In this document: piece after piece, positions 10,242 through 19,406 of the stretch
How the letters are laid out: each line of letters opens with the position of its first letter
How positions within the stretch are numbered: the stretch's first letter is position 1
From: Acidobacteriaceae bacterium
GTDB lineage: Bacteria; Acidobacteriota; Terriglobia; Terriglobales; Acidobacteriaceae
Direction: 5' to 3'
Assembly: GCA_049693715.1 (NCBI GenBank)
Contig: JBAVQC010000317.1
Location: 6,441 to 70,440, forward strand
Length of the DNA stretch: 64,000 nucleotides
Translations under genes and position numbers: made by a program
The notes under the pieces: generated by a model
Told to the model about the DNA's origin: nothing
The model's input: the letters and a program-made list of their open reading frames with translations, nothing else
The model's database searches: none

Positions 10242-11171
10242 TTAAAAAGATTGCGATCTGCGGACCTTAGGGGAGTGTCTGAATTTCTGTGCATAGGCGC
10301 GGCTGAAAGCCGCTGGGGACTTGTATCCAGTGCGGGATGCGACGCTCTTCACGGAAGCACCCGGCCTGCCCAGCAGCAGACGTGCCCGCTGCAGACGCCA
10401 TTCGGTCAAGTATCCCATCGGCCCTGAGCCCACGAGATCACGAAACCGTTCGGCAAATCGGCTGCGTGACATCCCGACTTCTGATGCGAGGCTATCCACC
10501 GTCCAATCCTGATCAAGGCGATCATGTATAACGCTCAGAGCCTTGCCAATCTGCGGATCATGGACGGACGAAAATAAGCGCTCCAACTCCGGCACGCGGT
10601 CAATCCCGGCGCGTAATACCTCGATATAGAGCACTTCCGACAAGCGGCTGATTGAGGCTGCCGTGCCCGGAGCATCCTGAAAAATGCGGCGCACCACGAG
10701 CCGCAGCACATCGTCGAGTATTGGCTGGCGCGCTCTATCCGCTGCCGTAAGGTGAAGGGTCGCGGGCAGGGCGTGCAGCAAGGGATGGTCGGCGCCACTG
10801 GCGAACGTGAAGTGGCCACAGACCATCTGGGTCGATGCGTTTGGATCTCCTGAGCCGATGACGAATGCGCCTTCGCCTGTGTAACCAGTGCTCGCCACGA
10901 TGTCTTCCAACGGGATGCCCGTCTGTCCGGGCGTGTCAGCCAACGTATGGGCGCTGCCATAGGGCACCAGTATGAGGTCGCCAGGCCCGAGCAACACTTC
11001 CACGCCGCCCGGCGCCGTCACGTGGCAACGCCCCTGCACCACAAGATGGAATCGAGCGGCCTGCTCATAAGCGGGGACCCTGATCGCGAACGGCGGCGAG
11101 AAGTCGGTGCGGAAATAGAGCGCCCCTTTCAGTTCTACGGTATCCAAAATGTCACTTAGCACGTCTTTCAT
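10242..11171 (-). CDS. AraC family transcriptional regulator with N-terminal cupin-like sensor
   Basis: C-terminal double HTH (WTVDSLASEVGMSRSRFAERFRDLVG.. and ..SVASRTGYKSPAAFSRAYAQKF). I placed the start at ATG 11171 (MKDVLSDILD..), which fits the usual N-terminus of cupin-AraC proteins. The track ORF extends to 11309. Confidence 0.8.
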   Translation of the reverse strand: MKDVLSDILDTVELKGALYFRTDFSPPFAIRVPAYEQAARFHLVVQGRCHVTAPGGVEVLLGPGDLILVPYGSAHTLADTPGQTGIPLEDIVASTGYTGEGAFVIGSGDPNASTQMVCGHFTFASGADHPLLHALPATLHLTAADRARQPILDDVLRLVVRRIFQDAPGTAASISRLSEVLYIEVLRAGIDRVPELERLFSSVHDPQIGKALSVIHDRLDQDWTVDSLASEVGMSRSRFAERFRDLVGSGPMGYLTEWRLQRARLLLGRPGASVKSVASRTGYKSPAAFSRAYAQKFRHSPKVRRSQSF

Positions 11172-11469
11172 GCAGATCATCCTATTCCATGGGACGATCT
11201 TGCACAAAGTTGGACTGCTATCGAAGATCTGCACAGGCCTTGATGTGAGCGGGCACCTTCCTGCCGCCGAAACGACATACGGGCGGGTATTTGCCCTGCG
11301 CTTCTGCAATTGTTGACAACAAGGTTAAAAGGGATCGAAGGATAAGGTGCCCTGACTAAAGCGTTTTCGCAAGGACGTCCGAGACCGTCACTTGCATCAA
11401 TGATCAAATCGACCGCTTTTTCTTAAAGCCGCTCCAACCGCCTCTGTGAATCCCCGAATTGCTCAAGTT

Positions 11470-12210
11470 TCACCCTGGCGGGAGGGAGTTCAGAAAGGCG
11501 AGTAAATGAATCCAATTCTCGGGTGCGCCTTTCGGATCCCGTGCTTGGATTAGCGTTGAAGCTCCATGCACACCAAATTGCGGCACGTACTGCGTCTTAG
11601 CTCCTGCTGGCGATGCACTGATGATGACTCGCGCAGCTTGAACTTCTTCAGCAGAAGGGGACGATGTGACATAGATCGGCGCACGTATGCGCGCAGCCGC
11701 ACGAGCTACCGATTTGTCATCCCCAAGGTATTCGCCAGGTGAAAATGCGATGACGGCACTGACGTCTGCAGCGTGCTCGGCCGCAACCTCGAAGACCAGG
11801 GCAGCGGAGTAGCTGCTGCCCCAGAGGATGACTGGCAAATGCTGTTTTACGCCCCACTCAAGGGACGCGACGAGATCGGGTTTTGCTTGTTCATAGGTTG
11901 CCGGATGTGCGAGCTGATCTGCCGTTTCGTTCGGCCCAAACAAGGAGCCTCCCGACCGTTGGTCAATTGCCAGAGCAGTGAAACCTGCAGACGCAAGTCG
12001 CGGAGCAATGGTCGCGTATTCCGCTTTGCTGGAACCCGCTTGATGAAAGAGTAGCACTACAGCTTTCGGTTGTTCCGCAGGATAGACTAGCCCAGAGATG
12101 GATACGCCATCACTTGTCCGCAACGTGATTGGATTTGGCTTCGTTTGACAATGTGACGCTGTAGACCCTCCGAGTACGACACCTATCAAAATTAGCCACT
12201 TTCGCAACAT
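11470..12210 (-). CDS. Secreted alpha/beta-hydrolase (dienelactone hydrolase-like)
   Basis: 246 aa with a signal peptide and an alpha/beta-hydrolase pattern. The nucleophile elbow is LWGSSYSAAL. Confidence 0.65.
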   Translation of the reverse strand: MLRKWLILIGVVLGGSTASHCQTKPNPITLRTSDGVSISGLVYPAEQPKAVVLLFHQAGSSKAEYATIAPRLASAGFTALAIDQRSGGSLFGPNETADQLAHPATYEQAKPDLVASLEWGVKQHLPVILWGSSYSAALVFEVAAEHAADVSAVIAFSPGEYLGDDKSVARAAARIRAPIYVTSSPSAEEVQAARVIISASPAGAKTQYVPQFGVHGASTLIQARDPKGAPENWIHLLAFLNSLPPG

Positions 12211-12297
12211 GTTTTGCTCGCCTTCGATCTAGCCTAAATGCAGCTCCGTGCGAGTATGAGAGACATACACTGCTTGTTTGGTTACAGCTTGAATTGG

Positions 12298-12439
12298 TCA
12301 TGGTGCTAGTTCTCTCGAAGTCCATCGCCTGCGGCCAAGCAGGTGTTGGAGATCGTCGGTGGGGCGGCGCGACGTCGGGGTGAAAGAGCACCGGGCCTCG
12401 TGGGCCCGGTACTCCTTCGGGAAGTGTGATGTGTGGCAT
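12298..12439 (-). pseudogene. Decayed remnant of a third peroxidase-related CMD paralog
   Basis: ATG at 12439 opens MPHITLPEGVPGPRGPVLFHPD.., which matches the N-terminus of the next gene (MPHITLPDGLPGITGPLAFRPE..). Similarity then continues only after a frame change (..DDLQHLLGRR..) and is lost before the hydrolase gene. Confidence 0.45.
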
Positions 12440-12469
12440 GGAAGATTCTTCTGATCGGATGTTTTCAGG

Positions 12470-13054
12470 CTAGACAGGGACGGCTTCCGGATGCGGCGCT
12501 GGAGGGGCGACATAGCCTTCGTGCGCCATGTGCGCGCCCACGGGAATATAAGCTTCCTGCTCTTGCGGAGCCCAGGTAGCAAGACCGTCAACGTAGCGGT
12601 TGTACATGCAGAAGGCCGCAGCGATCAGGACAGTGTCGTGAATCTCGGTGTCAGTTGCGCCTTCCTTCCGAGCACGCGCGATGTCTTCGGTGGTGACACG
12701 CTTGCCGCCTTGCTGGACGTGTCCGGCGATGTTCAGGAGCGCTTTGAGCTTCACCGAAATAGGAGCGGATTCGAAGTCCCGTTTGATTTCGGAGATCAGG
12801 GCGAAATTGCTCGCGAGTTCCGACGGGCCGCCTAAGTGGTGAGCAGCGGCGGCGCCATGACTTGCCTGGCAGAAATGACAATCGTTCTGGCTGGAGGTGT
12901 AGGTGGCGATGATTTCGCGGTCCGCGCTGGAAAGTGTGTTGGCTCCGCGCAGGAGGAATTCGGCCAGGGCGCGCATGGGCTTGGCTGTTTCCGGGCGAAA
13001 GGCAAGGGGTCCGGTGATTCCTGGAAGTCCGTCTGGAAGCGTGATGTGGGGCAT
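12470..13054 (-). CDS. Peroxidase-related CMD-domain protein (AhpD-like), paralog B
   Basis: 194 aa with a CMD fold pattern and an NDCHFCQASH motif. It is similar along its length to the adjacent gene. Confidence 0.8.
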   Translation of the reverse strand: MPHITLPDGLPGITGPLAFRPETAKPMRALAEFLLRGANTLSSADREIIATYTSSQNDCHFCQASHGAAAAHHLGGPSELASNFALISEIKRDFESAPISVKLKALLNIAGHVQQGGKRVTTEDIARARKEGATDTEIHDTVLIAAAFCMYNRYVDGLATWAPQEQEAYIPVGAHMAHEGYVAPPAPHPEAVPV

Positions 13055-13120
13055 TGGATTCTCCTTTTGCTATCTTCGTAGCGTGAATGACGCGCTTGAG
13101 GCTGGCCGAAAAGGTAGACC

Positions 13121-13705
13121 TCAACGGTGCAGCGTGGCAATCGCTGCCGCGGTCACTCCGGTATAACCGTGCTCGACGATCTGGGCCGCTCTCTCGCGAT
13201 AGATACCAGTGTCCTCAGGAGCCCAGGTCCCCAGACCATCGACATAGCGATTGCACATGCAGAAGACCGCGGCAATCAGGACTGTGTCGTGAATTTCCAA
13301 GTCCGTCGCGCCCAGATCACGCGCGGTGGCAATATCCTCAGAACTCACATGCTTCCCGCCAAGCTGCACCTTTCCGGCAATGTTCAGCAGCGCCTTGAGC
13401 TTGGGTGAGATTTTCGCTTCTGCCCAGTTTGTCTTTACTTTCTGGACCAGCGCTTCATCCTGCCCCAGTTGCGCCGCGGCCACTGCGCCATGAATCGTTT
13501 GGCAGAAGAAGCAATCGTTACGCCAGGAGACATGCGCGGCGATCATCTCGCGCTCACCACGCGATAGGGTGCTTTCTCCGCGCAAGAGCACATTCACCAA
13601 CTCGTTAAGAGGCGCTGCCGTCTCAGGACGAAACGTCATTGGGCCGAGGATACCGGGAAACTCTCTGCCGAGTTCCTCGGCAATTGGAAGTTGTATATAA
13701 GCCAT
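13121..13705 (-). CDS. Peroxidase-related CMD-domain protein (AhpD-like), paralog A
   Basis: 194 aa with an NDCFFCQTIH motif. It shares blocks with paralog B (KLKALLNIAG, EIHDTVLIAA, NRYVDGL.TWAP). Confidence 0.8.
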   Translation of the reverse strand: MAYIQLPIAEELGREFPGILGPMTFRPETAAPLNELVNVLLRGESTLSRGEREMIAAHVSWRNDCFFCQTIHGAVAAAQLGQDEALVQKVKTNWAEAKISPKLKALLNIAGKVQLGGKHVSSEDIATARDLGATDLEIHDTVLIAAVFCMCNRYVDGLGTWAPEDTGIYRERAAQIVEHGYTGVTAAAIATLHR

Positions 13706-13971
13706 CGATGAAACTCCTTTTCAAGGGAATACAGCGTTGCCCCACAGGCACAACGCGCTGTGACTAGCGGGACGCGACCATCCTACGCGGAGTCGCGAGT
13801 TGTGCGCCTCCATCCAAAGATGGAGGGGTTCCCACCGAGCCATTTCGCGTGCGGCCGGTGCGCCCGTCAATCCTGCGAATGCGCTTGCCCAATGCGCCGG
13901 GCCATGGTGGCAAGCAGCTTCGGCCGGACAGTGGGCCGGGTGAACGGACAAATTGTCTCCGGGATTGCGAC

Positions 13972-16125
13972 TCACGCGGCCGTTGCAACCGCGGAGTGCC
14001 GCTCGATTGTCAGCACGGTGATGTCGTCCTCCTGGCCAAATTTCCTGGCTGCTTCCACGATGTCGGCTGCGGGCTGGGTGGAGATGTCTCGGGCGCGATC
14101 GAAGCCGAAGAGTTCGCCTTGCTGATTTTGCGCTTCAATCACGCCGTCTGAGTAGAACGTCAGCCGGCTGCCGGGTGCAAGATAAAACTGGGTGGTTTCA
14201 TAGCGTGCGCCGCTCATTACGCCGAGAGGGAGCGCGCCGGGCAGTTCCACTTCTGTTCCGTCGAGGTACGGCGACAAATGGCCGGCGTTCGCGACAGTCA
14301 CCTCGCCATTGGCGCTGATGTGCGCGACCAGCGCGGTCGAGAAGCTTCCGCCGCCGCGGCCGACGAGGCGCTGGTTTAGGCTGGCCAGCAGTTCGGCGGG
14401 ACCGACTGTGTATTCAGCGACGCCGCGAATGGAGCCCACCAGCTCTGAGACCAGCATGGCCGCGGGCAATCCCTTGCCGGCCACGTCGCCAAGCACCACC
14501 AGCAAACCGCCTTCGCCTGCGGGCAGAATCTGAAAGAAGTCTCCGCCTACCTGCTGCGCGGGCTGATAGACCGACTCCACTTGAAACCCTGGTACATTCT
14601 CGACTTGTTCCGGCAACAGAACCTGCTGCACCTGCTGCGCGGCGGCGAGTTCACCTTCAAGAATGGCCTGGCGGCGGCTCATCTTGGTGGAGCGGAGAAG
14701 CATGATGAGGGCCAGCGCCAGCGTGGAGAGGATTGCCGACACGTTGTCGAGCGAGATGGAGAATGGGCCGGCGGGAAAGCGGTCGATGAGATTCAATCCG
14801 CGCAATGCCTGGCCGCGCAGGCCGCCAAATTGGAAGAGGATTTCAAATCCGATTTCAGCATAGATATAAACGCTGAACAGGACTGCAGGAATAAGCAGAA
14901 TGCCGGCCTCGCGATTGCCGCGACGCCAGTGGATGGCCAGGACGACCGGAATGACCACGGAGAGTAGGACGATAAAGGGAAGATTGCTGAGGAATTGCAC
15001 GGTCAGTGGCAAGACCAGGTAGAGGCCCTGAATGGCGCTGAAGGCGTTCATGATACCGGCGATGATGAGAATGGCGCGCCAACGCCAGCCGATCCGCTGC
15101 TGAACGAAGGAGAAATACAACGAGACCCAGAGAAACGGTGAGACCACGCGAAGTGTGTCCCCAAGAGCCTCCCAATAGAGTGGAAAATTGTGGAAAGCGG
15201 AAATGACAGGCTCTATGGATTCGACGAACGTGAAAACTCCCAGTGCGGCGATCCATAGATATTCAGTCTGCCGGCGCTGTGCGGCGAAGAGCACCAGCGC
15301 GACCAGTCCGAGACAGGCAAGGAGCAGATGATCGAGCCATCTACAGGAGTATTCGCCGATCACGTCAAGCCAGTCGAAGCGCTGGAGCGTGGCTTGCTGC
15401 CCGATGGTCAAATTGCCGGCGGAGTAGCCTGGACTTTGCCCGGTCCATTCGTTGGGAGATATATGCACGCGCAGTGCTACCACGATCGAGCCCGAGGCCA
15501 GCAGGCGGTCAGGAATCGACTCGATGACCTTCGCGTTCCAGGTGTATGGGATGTAGGGAGCGATCTGGCCTTCGGCGATCAGGCGCTCGCCATTGACGTA
15601 GACTTCAAAGGCGCGGGCGATATTTGCTTCGCGCAGCGCCAGGCCGGCCTGGCCGGGGCTGACCTTAACCCGTAGCCGGTACCAGACCACCTGGGGACGA
15701 TTGGTCTTGAAGACGGAGTTGATGTCTCCATGGGGGTCGAAGAGCGCCCATTGGGAGTCGTCGAAGCCGGGGCGGGCGTAGGCTGGGTCGTCCCCCGCGC
15801 GCATGAGCCAGGGGGAATCGAGGTCAGCGGGCTCGCGGAGCTTGGTCGCATCAAAGATCGCCTGGCTGGCTTGAGATGCGTTGCCCTGCGCGTGGCCATA
15901 TGGCCCGCACTTGATCAGGACCACGCAAGCGGCAATGACCACAAAGCGAGTGAGCGAAAAATGCCGGTGGAATTGGTGGGCGGATTCTCGGAGATTGGCA
16001 GAGTTTGGGAAAGAGCCAGGCAAGCGGCCTCCGTAAGACTCCGTTCCACCGTACCATTCCCACCGCCTGCATTCCAGAGCTTGCTTGCTGAGAAGTGTCT
16101 CGAAGTTTCGGGTCACGTAGCTCAA
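13972..16125 (-). CDS. 7TM-DISM receptor fused to SpoIIE/PP2C serine phosphatase
   Basis: 717 aa with a TTG start. It has an N-terminal periplasmic 7TMR-DISMED2-like domain and about seven hydrophobic helices (aa ~270-480). The C-terminal SpoIIE motifs are GGDFF, GDVAGKG, NAGH, YSDGV and EDDITV. Confidence 0.8.
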   Translation of the reverse strand: MSYVTRNFETLLSKQALECRRWEWYGGTESYGGRLPGSFPNSANLRESAHQFHRHFSLTRFVVIAACVVLIKCGPYGHAQGNASQASQAIFDATKLREPADLDSPWLMRAGDDPAYARPGFDDSQWALFDPHGDINSVFKTNRPQVVWYRLRVKVSPGQAGLALREANIARAFEVYVNGERLIAEGQIAPYIPYTWNAKVIESIPDRLLASGSIVVALRVHISPNEWTGQSPGYSAGNLTIGQQATLQRFDWLDVIGEYSCRWLDHLLLACLGLVALVLFAAQRRQTEYLWIAALGVFTFVESIEPVISAFHNFPLYWEALGDTLRVVSPFLWVSLYFSFVQQRIGWRWRAILIIAGIMNAFSAIQGLYLVLPLTVQFLSNLPFIVLLSVVIPVVLAIHWRRGNREAGILLIPAVLFSVYIYAEIGFEILFQFGGLRGQALRGLNLIDRFPAGPFSISLDNVSAILSTLALALIMLLRSTKMSRRQAILEGELAAAQQVQQVLLPEQVENVPGFQVESVYQPAQQVGGDFFQILPAGEGGLLVVLGDVAGKGLPAAMLVSELVGSIRGVAEYTVGPAELLASLNQRLVGRGGGSFSTALVAHISANGEVTVANAGHLSPYLDGTEVELPGALPLGVMSGARYETTQFYLAPGSRLTFYSDGVIEAQNQQGELFGFDRARDISTQPAADIVEAARKFGQEDDITVLTIERHSAVATAA

Positions 16126-16954
16126 CCCCCATCCGAATTTGAGGAGAAATCCGGTGCTAACGGAACACCCTCATGCATAGTCGCGCTGGTAATGACAAAC
16201 TCCTTACAATTGCATGACACAACCAACAACAGCATGTGGTGAACTGGTTTCACCGTCGCTAGGAAACCTGGGGACGGGCGGGACCTTTACGTAATAATTA
16301 CTGTTTCATTATGGGGGTGAACATCCCATCTGTCACTGCCTCCCCGCATATGGATGTCTGTCCACGCTGCCTCTGCATTGGTCCAAGCAAAAGATCGAGG
16401 ACAGTTCGAACGATAATTGTCTGCCCACTCGGAGAATCCCTTCCGCCAAGTCAATGGGAACCTCCGTCTGCCATGGACATTTACCCATCATGGATGTCCA
16501 CGAAATGACCCAAGACCTTGTAACTAATGCCGGTGAACCAAGTCTTATTGGCAGTAGTAAGAACCAAAGAGGGCATCTCGTGGACAAGGCACTTCGTGGA
16601 CAACCGGGACTACCGCCTTCGCGATTGCGTGAGGCCCTAAGTGCCAGTTTCGTCTCCCCAAAGACTCCCACAAACTCCTCCGTCCAATATCCTATGGCAC
16701 ACTCTTCCCAGTTTCCGCTCGGAGCTCTGGCTTCGACGCGAACTGTCTACTTGAAATTCACGACGAACGTATCGACTTCCACCTTTGACCCCAGGAGTAA
16801 CTTGATGTCCACCCCAGCACGTGTTCCTGAGCAAGTGTCTTCTTCAGCGCCAGACCGCCGGTCATTTCTCCGGAGGACGGCTTCTGACCCAAATGATTTT
16901 GTGAAGGGCACGTCGATTGCTGGATCCACTGCAGAAAGGATCCGGTGAACCGCG

Positions 16955-17266
16955 ATGCTTAGGATCACAGTTGTCGATTTGTCTGATAGCGTCGTAGTTC
17001 TTCGGGTAGAGGGCCGGATCACGGGTTGGTGGGTCGAGGAACTCCGCAGAACATGCGCTGCACATGCTTTCGCTGCGCATACTTTCGCTGCCCATACTTT
17101 CGCCGATGAGATTCAGTTATCCCTGGAGTTGTCGAGTGTTTCATTCGCCGATGCGGCTGGGATTGCGCTCCTCAAAGAACTGCGGAGTCGCGGGGCCGAT
17201 CTTATCCGCCCCACCCCATTCGTGGCCGAACAACTCAGGGATTGGCCATCATCCGGCGCAGCCTAA
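16955..17266 (+). CDS. STAS-domain protein (anti-sigma-factor-antagonist-like), atypical
   Basis: 103 aa with a STAS pattern (VVVLRVEGRITG.., ..LELSSVSFADAAGIALLKEL..). The canonical DSSG phospho-site reads DAAG. The gene contains an in-frame pentapeptide repeat. Confidence 0.65.
   Translation: MLRITVVDLSDSVVVLRVEGRITGWWVEELRRTCAAHAFAAHTFAAHTFADEIQLSLELSSVSFADAAGIALLKELRSRGADLIRPTPFVAEQLRDWPSSGAA
17057..17101 (+). repeat. In-frame 15-bp tandem repeat x3 inside the STAS gene
   Basis: The units are gctgcacatgctttc / gctgcgcatactttc / gctgcccatactttc, encoding AAHAF-AAHTF-AAHTF. Confidence 0.9.
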
Positions 17267-17406
17267 AGGTACTGAGGTTCGCGTACAGACGGAGCTGGCA
17301 TTTTCACGAAACAACCCGAGGGTGCATTGTGATGGCACCTTATAAGACAATGATTCTGCAAATCGAAAATGGCGCGCCATCGTTAGCGAATTCTCGCGCC
17401 TCGAGA

Positions 17407-17826
17407 CTATGTGTCCATCCGTTCGACCAATCGAGCGCGCCATGCGGGAGCGGGGAACGGATCCGCAAAGTACTGTGTTTCCCGCGCAACCTTGTCGTCC
17501 CTGAACTCCATGATGCTCACGGTGTAGGACGGCTTGCCGTCATATGTCAGGATGAATTCAGTGACCCAAAGATCACCGCCGCCAATGATTCGCCGGATAG
17601 TGAACCGCTTGTTGCTCGGCTGACTAGCCCGTTGATTCTGTATGTTGCGTCGACCGCGGGTTCGCTCGCCTGACTGCGGGTATTCCAGCACCGCGTCCTC
17701 GTGATAGATGCGGTGCTCCGTTTCAAAATCGTTGGCATCCGACGCCGCCCAATGCTGATCCAGTGCCGCGCGGATCTCTTGATCCCGCAGTCCGGAATAC
17801 TGCCCCTTCGTTTGTTGATCGTCCAT
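17407..17826 (-). CDS. SnoaL/NTF2-like fold protein
   Basis: Start taken at ATG 17826 (MDDQQTKGQ..). The ~139-aa product has a SnoaL-like pattern (..HWAASDANDFETEHRIYHEDAVLEYPQSGE..GGGDLWVTEF..). Confidence 0.55.
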   Translation of the reverse strand: MDDQQTKGQYSGLRDQEIRAALDQHWAASDANDFETEHRIYHEDAVLEYPQSGERTRGRRNIQNQRASQPSNKRFTIRRIIGGGDLWVTEFILTYDGKPSYTVSIMEFRDDKVARETQYFADPFPAPAWRARLVERMDT

Positions 17827-17951
17827 CTTGATCCTTGAATTTGACAAGAAGCTAATGCCTTGGCGGAAACAGGTGGGCCGTCCCAGGCACACAGTCGTCT
17901 ATCAGTCCTCGGCTCGAGCGCCGATGGTAAGCCTGGATGCTTGGGGGCCGG

Positions 17952-18203
17952 TTAAGGTTGGAACCCGTCCGCCATCCACTTGGCGAATAGTTCAATCCGA
18001 GATTGCTGCCAGGGACCTTCTCCTTTTGGTGGTGGGGGCGGCATTACGGCGCCGCCGATTCCACGAATGCGATCGTAGATGGCGCCGGCGTGCTTTTTGA
18101 CGTCATCGTAACTTCCCAGGTTGAAAGCCTTGCTCATGCCTTGAATGTCTCGCTCCGTAAAGAGCGGGCGAATGTCCATTTGAAAGCTCGTCGTTTTCGT
18201 CAT
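17952..18203 (-). CDS. Small conserved hypothetical protein
   Basis: 83-aa ORF (..DIRPLFTERDIQGM..YDDVKKHAGAIYDRI..MPPPPP..W..FAKWMADGF). It has coding-like composition. I do not recognise a function. Confidence 0.45.
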   Translation of the reverse strand: MTKTTSFQMDIRPLFTERDIQGMSKAFNLGSYDDVKKHAGAIYDRIRGIGGAVMPPPPPKGEGPWQQSRIELFAKWMADGFQP

Positions 18204-18333
18204 AGCGCCTCACAGGTATTGGATGTCGTTCGGGTGACACAAACCACGCGGTGGCATAAAGCTGTCACCATTCAGCCAGAACGAAGTTGTAGCCTGTAAT
18301 CCGGCACAGTTCGTTCCCGGGGGGGTACCGATC

Positions 18334-19137
18334 ATGTCCCTGCGCAAACGGTTTCTGTTCGCAACGTTATTCACGATCGTTGCCTTGGCAGCGGCCGGAA
18401 GCGTGAGCGTTTACAACGCGGAAGTTGATCTGCCGAAGCCGAATACGTGGTCGCGCGCTCCGGTATCTGTGCCTGCCGCGTTGCCTTGGTACCACAGCCA
18501 GTTTCTTCCGATTCAGTTCAAGCGCCCTCAGGATTTGGGTGTTGGGAGGTTGCTGGTGGCGAGTCGCAGCCTCGGCGACCCGGACTTCGCAAGAACAGTC
18601 GTCCTGCTGGTTCACTACGATGAACAAGGCGTACTCGGACTGATTCTCAACCGGCGTACCAATGTCCCGCTTTCTCAAGTTCTTGATCTCGACGTCGCGA
18701 AAGACCGCTCCGACTCAGTCTATCTCGGGGGCCCCGTGGCTCCTTCGGCCGCGTTTGCATTGCTTAAGTCCTCGGCCAAGGTTGAAAAGGCTGAAAACAT
18801 CATCGGCGGGGTTTATTTCATCTCCGGCAAAGCGCTCTTCGAACAAACAATCTCCGCCCGGCCTGACCCTGGCGTTCTTCGCGTTTACCTGGGATATGCC
18901 GGATGGACGCAAGATCAATTGCGGACCGAAGTGCAATTGGGCGGCTGGTTCGTTTTTCCGGCAGACGCCGCCACGATATTCAATGCCGATCCCGATTCCT
19001 TGTGGTTGCAGATGATTCAGAAGGCAGAATTGCAATTGGCGAAGACCGAACCCTTGGCGGAAACCTCCATGAGTTCCATGCCCGTAAGATTCAGCCTGTT
19101 GGAACTAAACCTTGACATTCACAAACAAGGGCTTTAA
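18334..19137 (+). CDS. YqgE/AlgH (UPF0301) family protein with N-terminal membrane/signal segment
   Basis: The core LLVASRSLGDPDFARTVVLLVHYDEQGVLGLILNRRT..YLGGPV..GYAGWTQDQL is typical of YqgE/AlgH. An extra ~70-aa N-terminus carries a hydrophobic helix (FLFATLFTIVALAAAGSVSVY). Confidence 0.75.
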   Translation: MSLRKRFLFATLFTIVALAAAGSVSVYNAEVDLPKPNTWSRAPVSVPAALPWYHSQFLPIQFKRPQDLGVGRLLVASRSLGDPDFARTVVLLVHYDEQGVLGLILNRRTNVPLSQVLDLDVAKDRSDSVYLGGPVAPSAAFALLKSSAKVEKAENIIGGVYFISGKALFEQTISARPDPGVLRVYLGYAGWTQDQLRTEVQLGGWFVFPADAATIFNADPDSLWLQMIQKAELQLAKTEPLAETSMSSMPVRFSLLELNLDIHKQGL

Positions 19138-19406
19138 GCTCTCTTTTCGCAACAACTAGAGGCTTGGAGTGACGGCGGCTGCCAGTCCTGACGCTAAAAC
19201 CAGCGCCTGGGCATGGAGGCCTCTGCCAATTTCCGGGCTAATTGCACTACCGCAGGGCACCACCCCCCCAAAAACCCTGGATTTTGCATTGACCCCGCTT
19301 TTGGCACTACGTTATGAAGAAACCACCGGCCAGGACGCTGCAAAGTAAGGTGAACAAGCAATCTTTGCGTTCCACATTGAATACGTCATTTAAGGGGAAG
19401 AACAAC

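Noticed and set aside
10242-11309. Full 355-aa AraC ORF as given in the track
   Set aside because: The first 46 codons (MQKRRANTRPYVVSAAGRCPL..) precede the normal cupin-AraC N-terminus MKDVLSDILD. I kept the gene but moved the start to 11171.
16454-16948. 164-aa plus-strand ORF ending 6 nt before the STAS gene
   Set aside because: Low third-position GC (about half in the part I counted). It is Ser/Thr/Pro-rich with no motifs. I treated it as non-coding or a decayed gene.
19281-19320. Sigma-54-type (TGGCAC-N5-TTGC) or sigma-70-type (TTGACC-18-TATGAA) promoter upstream of the GTPase module
   Set aside because: TGGCAC is present at 19302-19307, but the -12 element reads TATG, not TTGC. The sigma-70-like match overlaps the alternative ATG at 19314 and has suboptimal spacing. 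Not supportable without 5'-end data.
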